Shown: one piece after another, positions 45,596 through 55,063 of the stretch
Numbering within the stretch: position 1 is the stretch's first letter
Layout: every line of letters starts with the position of its first letter
NCBI GenBank assembly: GCA_944368805.1
Contig: CALVXC010000002.1
Coordinates: 5,153 to 69,152 of the forward strand
Source: an uncultured Bacilli bacterium
GTDB taxonomy: Bacteria > Bacillota_I > Bacilli_A > RF39 > UBA660
Reading direction: 5' to 3'
DNA length: 64,000 nt
The notes under the pieces: model-generated
Told to the model about the DNA's origin: nothing
The model's input: only the letters and a program-made list of their open reading frames with translations
The model's database searches: none
Position numbers and translations under genes: made by a program

Positions 45596-45988
45596 TTATT
45601 TTAAAGCATATAGAAAGATAATTATAAATGATATTAAACTAAAAGTAGCTGTAATACTAGTAAGTATTAGAACATCAATAAAGGCATTACTATCAAAATG
45701 AAATGGTTGTTCTTGATCAGTTTCAAATGATTTTGTAGAGCCGTTACCACTATTAGATAAAACTTTAACTCTACCATTATATGCATTAGATTGTGATTCT
45801 AAATTAGTTTGATTTTCTTGATCTATAGTTTCGTTAAATAAATTAATAATGTTATTTTTAGTTTCAGGATTAATATTTTGGTCGCTTATAAACTGCAAGA
45901 TTTTATTTTGCTGTTCTTGATCAAGGTTTTTAAAATTTTTTAAAACTTTTGAAAATCTAGTAATAGTTGATTTTTCCATTACGATCAC
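45596..45988 (-). CDS. Hypothetical tail-anchored protein
   Basis: 130 aa with a C-terminal TM segment. Confidence 0.35.
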   Translation of the reverse strand: MIVMEKSTITRFSKVLKNFKNLDQEQQNKILQFISDQNINPETKNNIINLFNETIDQENQTNLESQSNAYNGRVKVLSNSGNGSTKSFETDQEQPFHFDSNAFIDVLILTSITATFSLISFIIIFLYALK

Positions 45989-46121
45989 CTATTTTTATTA
46001 TAGCAAATTTTAACTTAATTACAATGATAATTAGTCAAATTTACTTTTTGTTGTCAAAAAGTAAAAAAAGGGATTTCGCTTAGTTTTATCGAATGATATA
46101 AGTAAGGAGGTGATTTGTTAA

Positions 46122-47702
46122 ATGCGAAAAATATTTTTTGTTTTGATTTTATTTTTAAGTAATATGGCTTTTATTAAAGCAGAAACTTTTTATTCAAAAT
46201 ATTCAGATTATAGTGATTATACTGATGAATATGTTGAAGAATCTGATATCATTTCGGTAAAAAAAGAAAGACGTTATAGATGGTATAAAAATATTAAACA
46301 ATTAGGTGATTATTATCCATTTACTAGTAATGTTTTAGATTATCCAGAAGTTGATGTTAACGATTACTATGAAACCGATTATAGTGATTGGTCTATAAAT
46401 TATCCTGGTTTTATATTATATCGAACTATTGAAACAAGGGATGTTTATGAATATAAAGATCCACAACCAATTAGATATATTCAGTTTCATAGTTTAAAAG
46501 GTGGTAATGGTTTCTTTACAATTACTGAATTAGAAATTTTTAATAATAATGATTTAATAGATTATAAAATATTAAATAATACTAGTGATTTTGCTAAACG
46601 TTTAAAAGACGGTAATTATAATGATATTGATAATAAAATAATTAATAATTCTAAGATAATTATCGATTTAAATGATTATTATCAAGTTAAAGATATTAAA
46701 ATGAAATTATATTTATATGATACTACTAATCAAGTTAATCAAATTAAAGCTAAATTTACAAGGGATTCTTCTTTTAATAGTTATAGTTTTGCTGAATTAT
46801 ATACTTTAAATTATTTTGTATGTAATAGTGTAACTGATATTAAAACACTAGCGTATGAAGCTAAAGATTATCGTCTTTTTACACCTAAATATGATATAAA
46901 TTATTCTTTAGAATATCCTTTAGAAAAAGAAGGTAGAATTATTAATCAAGTTATTCAATATCGTTATAAAGACACTTTATTTCGTCATTATCGTTTAACT
47001 AAAGAATATTTAACTAACTATTATAAAGATAATCCTGGCGATTATATTAAAGATATTAATTTATTTAAAGATTATTATAGTTATAAAAAGCGAGACAAGG
47101 TGGTTATTGATGATGACTTAGTTTTTACTGATTATAATAAAAAATTAGAAGATTTAATATTAGAAACAACAGTTAATGATATAAAAATTGATACTAATTT
47201 TAATATTAATAAAAATGGTAAATATCAAGTCAAGTTTATTTTGCCTTTTATGAGTATTGAAAAAATAGTTACTGTTGATATTCTTCAAAATGAAATTAAT
47301 GAGATAAATGATAAGTTATTAGAAACGGAAAAACAATTAAAAGAAAAGAAAGATTTATTAAATAGCTATAAAGAACAACTTACTAAATTAAAACAAGAAT
47401 TAGAAAAATCAAAAGAAAATAAAGAAGAAGAAAAAATAAAAGAATATGAAGCTAAAATATTAGTTTTAGAACAGCATATTGAATATTTAATTGAAAAAAT
47501 TAACCAATTAGATCAGAAACGAATAGAATATAATAATAAACTTAAATGTTTATTAGAAAAGCAAAAAGAAGAAAAGATAGTTAAAGAAAATAAAAAAACA
47601 AATTATTTTAGTAATCTTAAACTATGGTTATGGCTAATTATTTTAATTATATTGCTTATATTATTGATAAAAATTATTAAAATGAAAAAATTGTCATATT
47701 AA
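46122..47702 (+). CDS. Secreted surface protein with long coiled-coil and C-terminal TM anchor
   Basis: Signal peptide, Y/D/N-rich globular part, K/E coiled-coil at 380-490 and an LWLWLIILIIL anchor. Confidence 0.5.
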   Translation: MRKIFFVLILFLSNMAFIKAETFYSKYSDYSDYTDEYVEESDIISVKKERRYRWYKNIKQLGDYYPFTSNVLDYPEVDVNDYYETDYSDWSINYPGFILYRTIETRDVYEYKDPQPIRYIQFHSLKGGNGFFTITELEIFNNNDLIDYKILNNTSDFAKRLKDGNYNDIDNKIINNSKIIIDLNDYYQVKDIKMKLYLYDTTNQVNQIKAKFTRDSSFNSYSFAELYTLNYFVCNSVTDIKTLAYEAKDYRLFTPKYDINYSLEYPLEKEGRIINQVIQYRYKDTLFRHYRLTKEYLTNYYKDNPGDYIKDINLFKDYYSYKKRDKVVIDDDLVFTDYNKKLEDLILETTVNDIKIDTNFNINKNGKYQVKFILPFMSIEKIVTVDILQNEINEINDKLLETEKQLKEKKDLLNSYKEQLTKLKQELEKSKENKEEEKIKEYEAKILVLEQHIEYLIEKINQLDQKRIEYNNKLKCLLEKQKEEKIVKENKKTNYFSNLKLWLWLIILIILLILLIKIIKMKKLSY

Positions 47703-47778
47703 AATAAATTCTACTTTTGTCGATTTGGTATAAAAAAAATAAGTTGTGTGCTAAATTAAAGTAGACGGGGTGAATAAT

Positions 47779-48126
47779 ATGTTAAATATTAATATGGAAT
47801 TTAGAAAAGGAATTTTGTTTGTAAGATTAGCTGGTGAACTTACTAAAAATACTTATAGTAAGTTAAATGATGAAGTTACTATTTTAGTTAAAGAAAATGG
47901 TATTCGTAATATTGTCTTTAACGTATCTGAATTAGAGCAAATTGATATGAAAGGGATAAGTTTTCTTTATTATAATTATGAGTTATGTAATCGAAATAAT
48001 GGTAAGATTTTAGTTTGTGGTTTAAAAAGTGAAAATGTTAAACATCGTTTAAGGCATAGTCGAATTCTTAATTACATGTATGAAGTTAGTGATGAGTTAA
48101 AAGCAATGGAAACAATTAATGTGTAG
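47779..48126 (+). CDS. spoIIAA: Anti-sigma-F factor antagonist SpoIIAA-like STAS protein
   Basis: Aligns with B. subtilis SpoIIAA (ILFVRLAGEL... vs VLCIRLTGEL...). The canonical phospho-Ser position seems replaced (DMKG vs DSSG). Confidence 0.65.
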   Translation: MLNINMEFRKGILFVRLAGELTKNTYSKLNDEVTILVKENGIRNIVFNVSELEQIDMKGISFLYYNYELCNRNNGKILVCGLKSENVKHRLRHSRILNYMYEVSDELKAMETINV

Positions 48127-48134
48127 GTGATGAT

Positions 48135-48794
48135 ATGCAAGTTGAAACAATTATTGAAGATAATCAAAATTTAGTTTACTCACTAGCTTATAAATTTAAA
48201 AACTATTCTCAAAAAGAAGATTTGTTCCAAGTAGGGAAACTAGGATTAATTAAAGCTTATGAAAATTATGATGAAACAAAAGGTGCGAAATTTACAACAT
48301 ATGCTTTTCCATATGTCTTAGGTGAAATGAAAAAGTTAGTTAGAGAAGATAAAGGTTATAAAGTTAGTCGCGAGATAAATGCTTTAAATGCTAAAATTGA
48401 ACAAGTTTATACTTTGCTTTCACAAAAACTTATGAAAGAACCTTCTACTTTAGAAGTGGCTAATTATCTTGAAATTGATGAACAATTAGTTATTCAAGCT
48501 TTGAATGCAAATTATCCCATTAGTAGTATCGACGAACCATTTAATTTAGATGGTAAGGAAATGACGTTACATGATACTTTAGCTGATTTAGAAAAAATCG
48601 ATTTAGATACGTTAATTGCTTTAAAATTGTGTTTGGAATATTTATCATTAGATGAACAAATGTTAATTAATTATCGTTATATGAATGATTTAACGCAAAG
48701 TGAAACAGCTAAGTTACTTGGAATTAATCAGGTTCAAGTATCGAGATTAGAACATAAGGTTTTAAAAAAAATGCGTCAATATTTAGTATCTTAA
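48135..48794 (+). CDS. sigF: Sporulation sigma factor SigF-like
   Basis: DLFQVGKLGLIKAYENYD...FTTYAFPYVLGEMKK...KVSR and TQSETAKLLGINQVQVSRLEHKVLKKMR closely match B. subtilis SigF regions 2 and 4. Confidence 0.8.
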   Translation: MQVETIIEDNQNLVYSLAYKFKNYSQKEDLFQVGKLGLIKAYENYDETKGAKFTTYAFPYVLGEMKKLVREDKGYKVSREINALNAKIEQVYTLLSQKLMKEPSTLEVANYLEIDEQLVIQALNANYPISSIDEPFNLDGKEMTLHDTLADLEKIDLDTLIALKLCLEYLSLDEQMLINYRYMNDLTQSETAKLLGINQVQVSRLEHKVLKKMRQYLVS

Positions 48795-48822
48795 AAGGTC
48801 AAATGACCTTTTTTTGCTGTTT
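48795..48822 (+). terminator. Rho-independent terminator between sigF and spoVAC
   Basis: aaggtcaaatgacctttttttg. Confidence 0.65.
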
Positions 48823-48868
48823 AGGTATATTTGCTAAAATTATTTTCATAATAATTTTAGGTGATATT

Positions 48869-49315
48869 ATGGATAAGAAAGATTATCAAAAGTTAGTTGA
48901 TAAAAATACTCCTAAAGAAAAACGTTTAAAAAATGGAATCGTTGCTTTTTTTATTGGAGGATTTATGGGGATTATTGGTCAAGGGTTAATTGATTTATAT
49001 ATGAATTGGTTTGATATTTCTAGTAAACAAGCTTCCGTTTTTATGATTGTAACACTAATTTTTGTTGGTTGTTTTTTAACTTGTTTAGGTTTTTTTGATA
49101 AATGGGTTAATTTTGCAAGATGTGGTTTAATTGTTCCGATAACTGGTTTTGCTCATGCTATGATGAGTGCAGCTTTGGAATATAAAAAAGAAGGTATGGT
49201 TACAGGAATTGGGGCGAATATGTTTAAATTAGCTGGTAGTGTTATTATTTTTGGTGTCGTCAGTGCTTATACTTTTGGTCTTATTAGATTATTGATTTTA
49301 GGAGGTAGTGTATGA
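48869..49315 (+). CDS. spoVAC: Stage V sporulation protein AC
   Basis: Four-TM protein with the GLIVPITGFAHAM motif. Confidence 0.8.
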   Translation: MDKKDYQKLVDKNTPKEKRLKNGIVAFFIGGFMGIIGQGLIDLYMNWFDISSKQASVFMIVTLIFVGCFLTCLGFFDKWVNFARCGLIVPITGFAHAMMSAALEYKKEGMVTGIGANMFKLAGSVIIFGVVSAYTFGLIRLLILGGSV

Positions 49316-50301
49316 CTTTTAAATATAATAATGTATATTTAGAAAATACTTCCACGGTAACGGGACCTTATGAAAAAAATGGACCATTAGGTAATTTTTT
49401 TGATAAAAGTTATGATGATTTATATTGTGGTAATAAAACTTGGGAATATGCCGAAGTTCAGCTGATTTTAGATAGTATTGATTTGGTTTTGAAAAAGCAA
49501 AATAAAACTAAAAATGATATCGATTTACATATTAGTGGAGATTTGTTAAATCAAACAGTTGCTTCTAATTATGCTTCAGCTCAAATAAAAAGACCTTTTT
49601 TAGGTGTTTATAGTGCTTGTGCTTCTAGTGTTGAAACTTTAATTATTGGTGCTAATATGATTGAAAGTAATCAGATTAAAAATTGTTTATGTACAACTTC
49701 ATCACATAATAATAGTGCTGAAAAACAATTTCGTTATCCGGTTGAATATGGAGGACCTAAACCAATTACGACAACTTTTACAACAACTGGAGGAGTGGCT
49801 GCTTATTTAGGTAGAGAAAAAAAGGGTGTTAGAATTGAAAGTGCTACTATTGGTATTGTAAACGATTATGGAATTAAAGATGTTTTTCATATGGGAGCAG
49901 TTATGGCTCCAGCCGCTGCTGATACAATTTATCGTCATTTAAAAGATTTAAAAAGAGATATTAATTATTATGATATGATTTTAACTGGTGATTTGGGTAT
50001 TTATGGCAAAGATATTTTAAAAGATTTTATGAAAGAAGAATATAATATTGAGTTAAATAATCATGATGATGCAGCTTGTATGATTTTCAATCGAGATAAA
50101 CAACCAGTTTTAGCAGGAGGCAGTGGACCTGCTTGTGCGCCTTTAGTAACTTATAGTTATATTTTTGAAAAAATGAAAGAAAAACAAATATCGAAAGTTT
50201 TATTAGTAGCAACCGGTGCTTTAATGAATCCTTCGATGACAAATGAAAAAGAAGCAATTCCAAGTATTGCTCATGCAATTAGTTTGGAGGCGATAAAATG
50301 A
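49312..50301 (+). CDS. spoVAD: Stage V sporulation protein AD
   Basis: Thiolase/FabH-like fold protein in the spoVA position. Confidence 0.8.
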   Translation: MTFKYNNVYLENTSTVTGPYEKNGPLGNFFDKSYDDLYCGNKTWEYAEVQLILDSIDLVLKKQNKTKNDIDLHISGDLLNQTVASNYASAQIKRPFLGVYSACASSVETLIIGANMIESNQIKNCLCTTSSHNNSAEKQFRYPVEYGGPKPITTTFTTTGGVAAYLGREKKGVRIESATIGIVNDYGIKDVFHMGAVMAPAAADTIYRHLKDLKRDINYYDMILTGDLGIYGKDILKDFMKEEYNIELNNHDDAACMIFNRDKQPVLAGGSGPACAPLVTYSYIFEKMKEKQISKVLLVATGALMNPSMTNEKEAIPSIAHAISLEAIK

Positions 50302-50648
50302 TTTATTTATATGCTTTTCTTTTTGCAGGTTTGGTTTGTTTAATCGGTCAAATTATTTTAGATAATACGAAGTTAACACCAGGACATATTACAACTATTT
50401 TTGTTGTTTTAGGAACTTTATTAGACGTTTTTGATATATATGATAAATTTGTTTTATTTGCCGGTGGTGGTGCGTTAGTTCCTATTACTAGTTTTGGTCA
50501 TTTGTTAATTCATGGAGCAATGGATACTGCTAGTCAAGAAGGTTTTATGGGGTTAGTTATGGGAATGTTTGATTTAACGGCTTCTGGAATTACGTCAGCT
50601 ATTATTTTTTCTTTCTTTTTAGCGCTTATTTTTAAACCAAAAGATTAA
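50298..50648 (+). CDS. spoVAEB: Stage V sporulation protein AEb
   Basis: GGGALVPITSFGH motif, paralog of SpoVAC. Confidence 0.75.
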   Translation: MIYLYAFLFAGLVCLIGQIILDNTKLTPGHITTIFVVLGTLLDVFDIYDKFVLFAGGGALVPITSFGHLLIHGAMDTASQEGFMGLVMGMFDLTASGITSAIIFSFFLALIFKPKD

Positions 50649-50690
50649 AGCTATATGAAATTATTTTGTTTCATTATAGCTTTTTTCAAG
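50645..50690. terminator. Bidirectional terminator (spoVAEb / degV convergent)
   Basis: aaagctatatgaaattattttgtttcattatagcttttttc. Confidence 0.55.
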
Positions 50691-51602
50691 TTTTTTAACA
50701 TAACTAATACCACATAAATTTTCTGAACCATATGCTGCAACGACGCCACTAATATCTTGACGAATAAGGTGTTTGAAATTGGTTTTTTCTTGCAAATAAT
50801 TTTTAGCTTTTTCCATAGAACTTTCTTCTGAAGCAATCGTACCATAAACGATAAATTGTTGATCAGCTTGATTAAGTTTTTCAATATTTTGTTTTATTAA
50901 ATTTAAAATAGCCAATTGTTCTTGTTTACCTCTATAACATTTAACAATATGTAACTGACCATCGACAACATCAACTTGTGGTTGTAGTTTTAATTTGTTA
51001 ATAGCTTTACTAGCAAATTTAGTAGCAATATTCATAAGATGACTGTTAGTTGTTTTGTTTCGACCACTTCTAATAAAACCAGTTACATCAGGTACGATAA
51101 AAGATGTTTGAATTCGAGGAATAAAATTATGAATAATTTTATCATAAATTTCATTAGCCGAATAGCCATCTTTAATTAATTGTTCAATTAAAGTAACAAT
51201 TAATTTGCCAGTTGTTGCACCAGCTTTGGAATCAATTACGTAAATATGTTTACCATATTTTTGATTTAATAAATTAGCTTCTGTGTAAGCATTATTAAGT
51301 GAAGAACTAGAAATACTTTCACCCATGCTTACATGAAAAACAGTATCTGATATTTCTAAAGCTTCAGTAAATGTTTTTTCATAAGAGGAAAGATAAGGAC
51401 TTGCTGTTTTGAAAATTTCTCCTTGATTATTACGATTTGTAATTTCTTTAGGTGTTATATCAATTAAATCGAGATATTCTTGATCATTTTCATCAATAAT
51501 TAAAGCTGGAATTGTTTTAATAGGAATTTCTTTAGGGTCAGTCAAAATATTTTGTCCAGGTATACAGCCACTATCAGCTGTGATAATATAATTTTTTTTC
51601 AT
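50661..51602 (-). CDS. DegV family fatty-acid-binding protein
   Basis: DegV length and pattern (IITDSGCIPGQ...). Confidence 0.75.
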   Translation of the reverse strand: MKKNYIITADSGCIPGQNILTDPKEIPIKTIPALIIDENDQEYLDLIDITPKEITNRNNQGEIFKTASPYLSSYEKTFTEALEISDTVFHVSMGESISSSSLNNAYTEANLLNQKYGKHIYVIDSKAGATTGKLIVTLIEQLIKDGYSANEIYDKIIHNFIPRIQTSFIVPDVTGFIRSGRNKTTNSHLMNIATKFASKAINKLKLQPQVDVVDGQLHIVKCYRGKQEQLAILNLIKQNIEKLNQADQQFIVYGTIASEESSMEKAKNYLQEKTNFKHLIRQDISGVVAAYGSENLCGISYVKKLEKSYNETK

Positions 51603-51936
51603 GTTTTGCTCCTTACTAATTTTTTTTATTATAGCATGTGTAAATTTAGATGTAAATTAATCATAGACAATAATGGTTTATTTTGTTGTAGGTTTGTCAA
51701 ACAAAAGAGATAAAGTCACAACAAACTAGCGAAGGATTATTTTAAATTGTTAAAATAATCACGAAGCAATTCATCAGGTGATTTCCAATTTAAGGGTTGC
51801 ATAGGGAATTTGTTATATATGATAATAGTGATTCTAAAGAAGTTTAAGTATATTTTAAATTTAAAGAATTCGAATATATTGTAAGAAATTTGAAGTGGTT
51901 TTGTCCTACGGGTTATAACAAAAATAAAGGCAACCC

Positions 51937-51985
51937 TATATTTTTTATAGTTTTAAAAGGGCAAAGGGGTTGCCATTTTGTTACT
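51937..51985 (-). terminator. Rho-independent terminator for the - strand RiPP-like operon
   Basis: - strand: GGCAACCCC-loop-GGGTTGCC then TTTATTTTTGTT. Confidence 0.55.
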
Positions 51986-52230
51986 CTCAAAACTATATTC
52001 AAATTTTCCCATTATAATAAGGGCTTTTGGAAGATTTGATTTGTAGTTTTTTTTGTTAAATTTAGAAAAATTATGAAAAGACACAAAAAAAATTGCAACT
52101 TTTTGGAGATTATTTTCTCATTACAACACTCAAAATTAGGACTTTTAGGTATCTAAAAATTGAAGGTTATTATGGAAAAAGTAATTAACTATTGATAATA
52201 CATTTTTATTTGCATAGATTTATTTCACAT

Positions 52231-52701
52231 TCAAATAATGTTTGCCCATTTTTTTAATTTTTCTAATGATATTTGATAAATAGTATTACCTATAAATTTA
52301 AAACCTATATGTTTAAATACCTTTTGAGATAATTCATTATTACTATTTATATGTATTGTTACTATATCATAAGATTGAATATTGTTTATTGCAGTAAATT
52401 CTTTTATTAAATTTTTAAGTATTCTATTATTAATATATTCTTTTTTTATTTGGCATTCTGATATCCATAATTGTTTATTATTTATGGAATATGATAAAAA
52501 ACCTATTATTTTATTTTCTTTTTTATAAGCTAGTATATGATAATTTTTATTATTTTTAATCATAGTACTCCATTTTATAAATTTTTCATCATTATAGTAA
52601 TCATCTTTATGAAAAGTTGGATATGTTTTTAATAAGTTTTCAATTAAGATGTTATACATTTCTTTTAAGTTGTTATTAGTTTTTTTTATTTTTGCTATCA
52701 T
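52231..52701 (-). CDS. GNAT N-acetyltransferase
   Basis: GNAT fold pattern; 5 nt downstream of the rSAM gene. Confidence 0.6.
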   Translation of the reverse strand: MIAKIKKTNNNLKEMYNILIENLLKTYPTFHKDDYYNDEKFIKWSTMIKNNKNYHILAYKKENKIIGFLSYSINNKQLWISECQIKKEYINNRILKNLIKEFTAINNIQSYDIVTIHINSNNELSQKVFKHIGFKFIGNTIYQISLEKLKKWANII

Positions 52702-52706
52702 TTTTA

Positions 52707-53951
52707 TTATTTAAACTCCTTTATCAACTTATCAGCTAATTCACAATAAAAATTTGGTACATTGGTTAAACTTCCTGTTTCCATATAAAACTTTCCTGGA
52801 CAATATCTACATAATGATTTTTTATTACAATTCATACACTTATTATCGGATCTATATATATATTTTTCAGGTATTTTTTCAAATTTGTTACAAGCATCTT
52901 CTATAGATATTTCCTTTAAATTATATTTAAAAGGTACTACTAAACATGGCCTAATATCTAAGTTCGAGCTTATATAAATTCTACCTGAATTTATACTACA
53001 TTGGAATACGTGATTGTCTATAGTATTCTTTATGTTTATATTTTTTATTTTTTCTTTGAAAAAAGTTGTACTATCATTATCTTCTTTTAATACTTTTATA
53101 ATTTCATCAGGTGTACATCTTTGCATGTTTTGACATATATTATCTTGATTAGGAAAAATTATATAATCATATCTAAATGGTAAATTTTTTTCTTTGGCAT
53201 AAGATTTTAATTTATATAGATAATTTTTGTTTTTCTTTGTTAAAACAGTTTTTAAGTTCAAATTTATACTATAGTCAATTAGTTTATCTATATTATTATT
53301 TATAATATTAAAAGCTCGTTTTGTATGTGTAAAATTATAATAACTTTTATTATCATAACCATAGATACTTAGTTCAATATTTCTAGGTTTATATTCAATA
53401 AATAAATTTAATAGCATTTCATTAAGAAGATATCCATTTGTATTTATAGTAACAAGAAAACCATTTTTTTTGGCTGAGAGATAAATATCAACAAAACTGT
53501 TATGTAAAAAAGGTTCTCCTCCCGTTATTAGAATTTCATTATAATCTAATTTAATTAATTGATTTATTAAATTTTGAAAATTTTCTAAATTTAATATTTC
53601 TTTTTTGTTTGATACAAAACAATGATCACATTTAAATGGACATGTATTAATTATTTCAATTGTTGCATTTTTAATACTATATATATTATTACTTATGATC
53701 TTTTTTTCAATATTATTTGGTGTAATTTTTAAATCATTTAATTGATTTATAAAATTATTATAATCATTTTCTATTATATCTTTAGAAATATTTTTGTATT
53801 TGTTTTTTAATAATTTTAATGTTAAATTTTTATTATTAATATTATCGATAATGATTTTTGAAACATCTGAAAATTCATATATTTCTTCTGCTTCTTTGAT
53901 ATTAATGACAATCGTCTTATCAATATATTGTCTAATTACATAATCTTTCAT
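52707..53951 (-). CDS. Radical SAM / SPASM-domain peptide-modifying enzyme with N-terminal RRE-like extension
   Basis: CPFKCDHC (Cx3Cx2C). C-terminal Cys cluster CMNCNKKSLCRYCPGK...NFYCE is typical of the SPASM auxiliary cluster. About 95 aa lie upstream of the radical SAM core. Confidence 0.75.
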   Translation of the reverse strand: MKDYVIRQYIDKTIVINIKEAEEIYEFSDVSKIIIDNINNKNLTLKLLKNKYKNISKDIIENDYNNFINQLNDLKITPNNIEKKIISNNIYSIKNATIEIINTCPFKCDHCFVSNKKEILNLENFQNLINQLIKLDYNEILITGGEPFLHNSFVDIYLSAKKNGFLVTINTNGYLLNEMLLNLFIEYKPRNIELSIYGYDNKSYYNFTHTKRAFNIINNNIDKLIDYSINLNLKTVLTKKNKNYLYKLKSYAKEKNLPFRYDYIIFPNQDNICQNMQRCTPDEIIKVLKEDNDSTTFFKEKIKNINIKNTIDNHVFQCSINSGRIYISSNLDIRPCLVVPFKYNLKEISIEDACNKFEKIPEKYIYRSDNKCMNCNKKSLCRYCPGKFYMETGSLTNVPNFYCELADKLIKEFK

Positions 53952-54004
53952 TTTAATTTTCCTCTTTTATAAAATAATAAGGCTTTTTATAAAAGCCTTA
54001 TTAT

Positions 54005-54208
54005 TTAACATCCATCTCCATCATTAGCAGAGTAGCTTTGTTCCCAACATCCCATAACGATTTTGTGATTGTTGTTTTTCTTCACCAACTTTTTAATTTT
54101 TGGAGATTGATATTGATTGTCTTTAATTTTAGTATTATAATCTGGTTCTTTTAAGGCTAAATTTCCGTCAATAGTCTTAATTGATGTAAAAGTCTTAATT
54201 TTCATCAT
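54005..54208 (-). CDS. Candidate RiPP precursor peptide (~67 aa; core ...KIVMGCWEQSYSANDGDGC)
   Basis: The ATG-ATG pair has its own AAGGAGG RBS and a TTGACA-16-TATAAT promoter embedded in the longer predicted ORF. Lys-rich leader with two Cys at the extreme C-terminus. Sits directly upstream of the rSAM/SPASM gene. Confidence 0.55.
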   Translation of the reverse strand: MMKIKTFTSIKTIDGNLALKEPDYNTKIKDNQYQSPKIKKLVKKNNNHKIVMGCWEQSYSANDGDGC

Positions 54209-54224
54209 ATACCTCCTTGGGTTT

Positions 54225-54252
54225 ATTATAACATTTATAATATAAATGTCAA
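54225..54252 (-). promoter_or_regulatory. SigA promoter for the precursor/rSAM/GNAT operon
   Basis: - strand TTGACA, 16 nt, TATAAT, then AAGGAGG. Confidence 0.6.
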
Positions 54253-54374
54253 GTTCGAATTTAATCATGTAAAATGGTTTATTGTGCGTTTATACCTTTT
54301 TTGTTCTACTTCTATTATAAACGAACATTGTAGACAATAATGGTTTATTTTGTTATATTATTATTGGTGATAAA

Positions 54375-54887
54375 ATGAGTTTATTTATACTTGCTCAATG
54401 TTTTGGTGTTCTAGCTTTAGTTAGTTGGATTTTTAGTGTTTTACAAACTAAACGTTTTAAAATTTTAAAATTTCAAAATTTTGCGAATATGTTTTATGCA
54501 ACTCAATATATATTGTTAGGTGCATATCCAGCTGCTTGTATGAATTTGATTTCAATGTTAAGAGGAATAATGTTTAATAGTTTTGATAAGAAAAAACAAG
54601 AAATTAGTTTTAAAATTTTAATTTTATTTTTACTTGTGATTATAGCTATCGGTTTTGCCACTTTTCAAAACATTTATAGTTTAATTCCAATTATTATTAC
54701 ATCATTATATAGTTATTCAGTTTGGCAAAAGAACTTAACTGTTTTTCGAATAATTTTCGTAATTGCAGCCAGTGGTTGGTTTATTTATAATTTTTTAGTT
54801 GGTGCTTATGTATCTTTAATAGGAAATGGTTTAGAACTCATTTTTGGCATTAGTGCTATAATTAAACATGATTTTATGAAGAAGTAG
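54375..54887 (+). CDS. Hypothetical small polytopic membrane protein
   Basis: 170 aa, 5-6 TM segments. Confidence 0.4.
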   Translation: MSLFILAQCFGVLALVSWIFSVLQTKRFKILKFQNFANMFYATQYILLGAYPAACMNLISMLRGIMFNSFDKKKQEISFKILILFLLVIIAIGFATFQNIYSLIPIIITSLYSYSVWQKNLTVFRIIFVIAASGWFIYNFLVGAYVSLIGNGLELIFGISAIIKHDFMKK

Positions 54888-55063
54888 CATTTGCATTTAT
54901 TTTAAAATTAATATATAATAATAGTAGTTATTGATATTAAGATAATGATACTTATTTTAAAATTAGAATATAATTATTATAAGATGAGGTTATTGTTAAT
55001 GTTTAATGACTAATTAAAAATATTTGTTAAAATTAAAAAGTTAAATTTTAGGAGGAGTTAAAA

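Noticed and set aside
50651-50884. 77-aa ORF overlapping the degV 3' end on the same strand
   Set aside because: Different frame of degV; no RBS.
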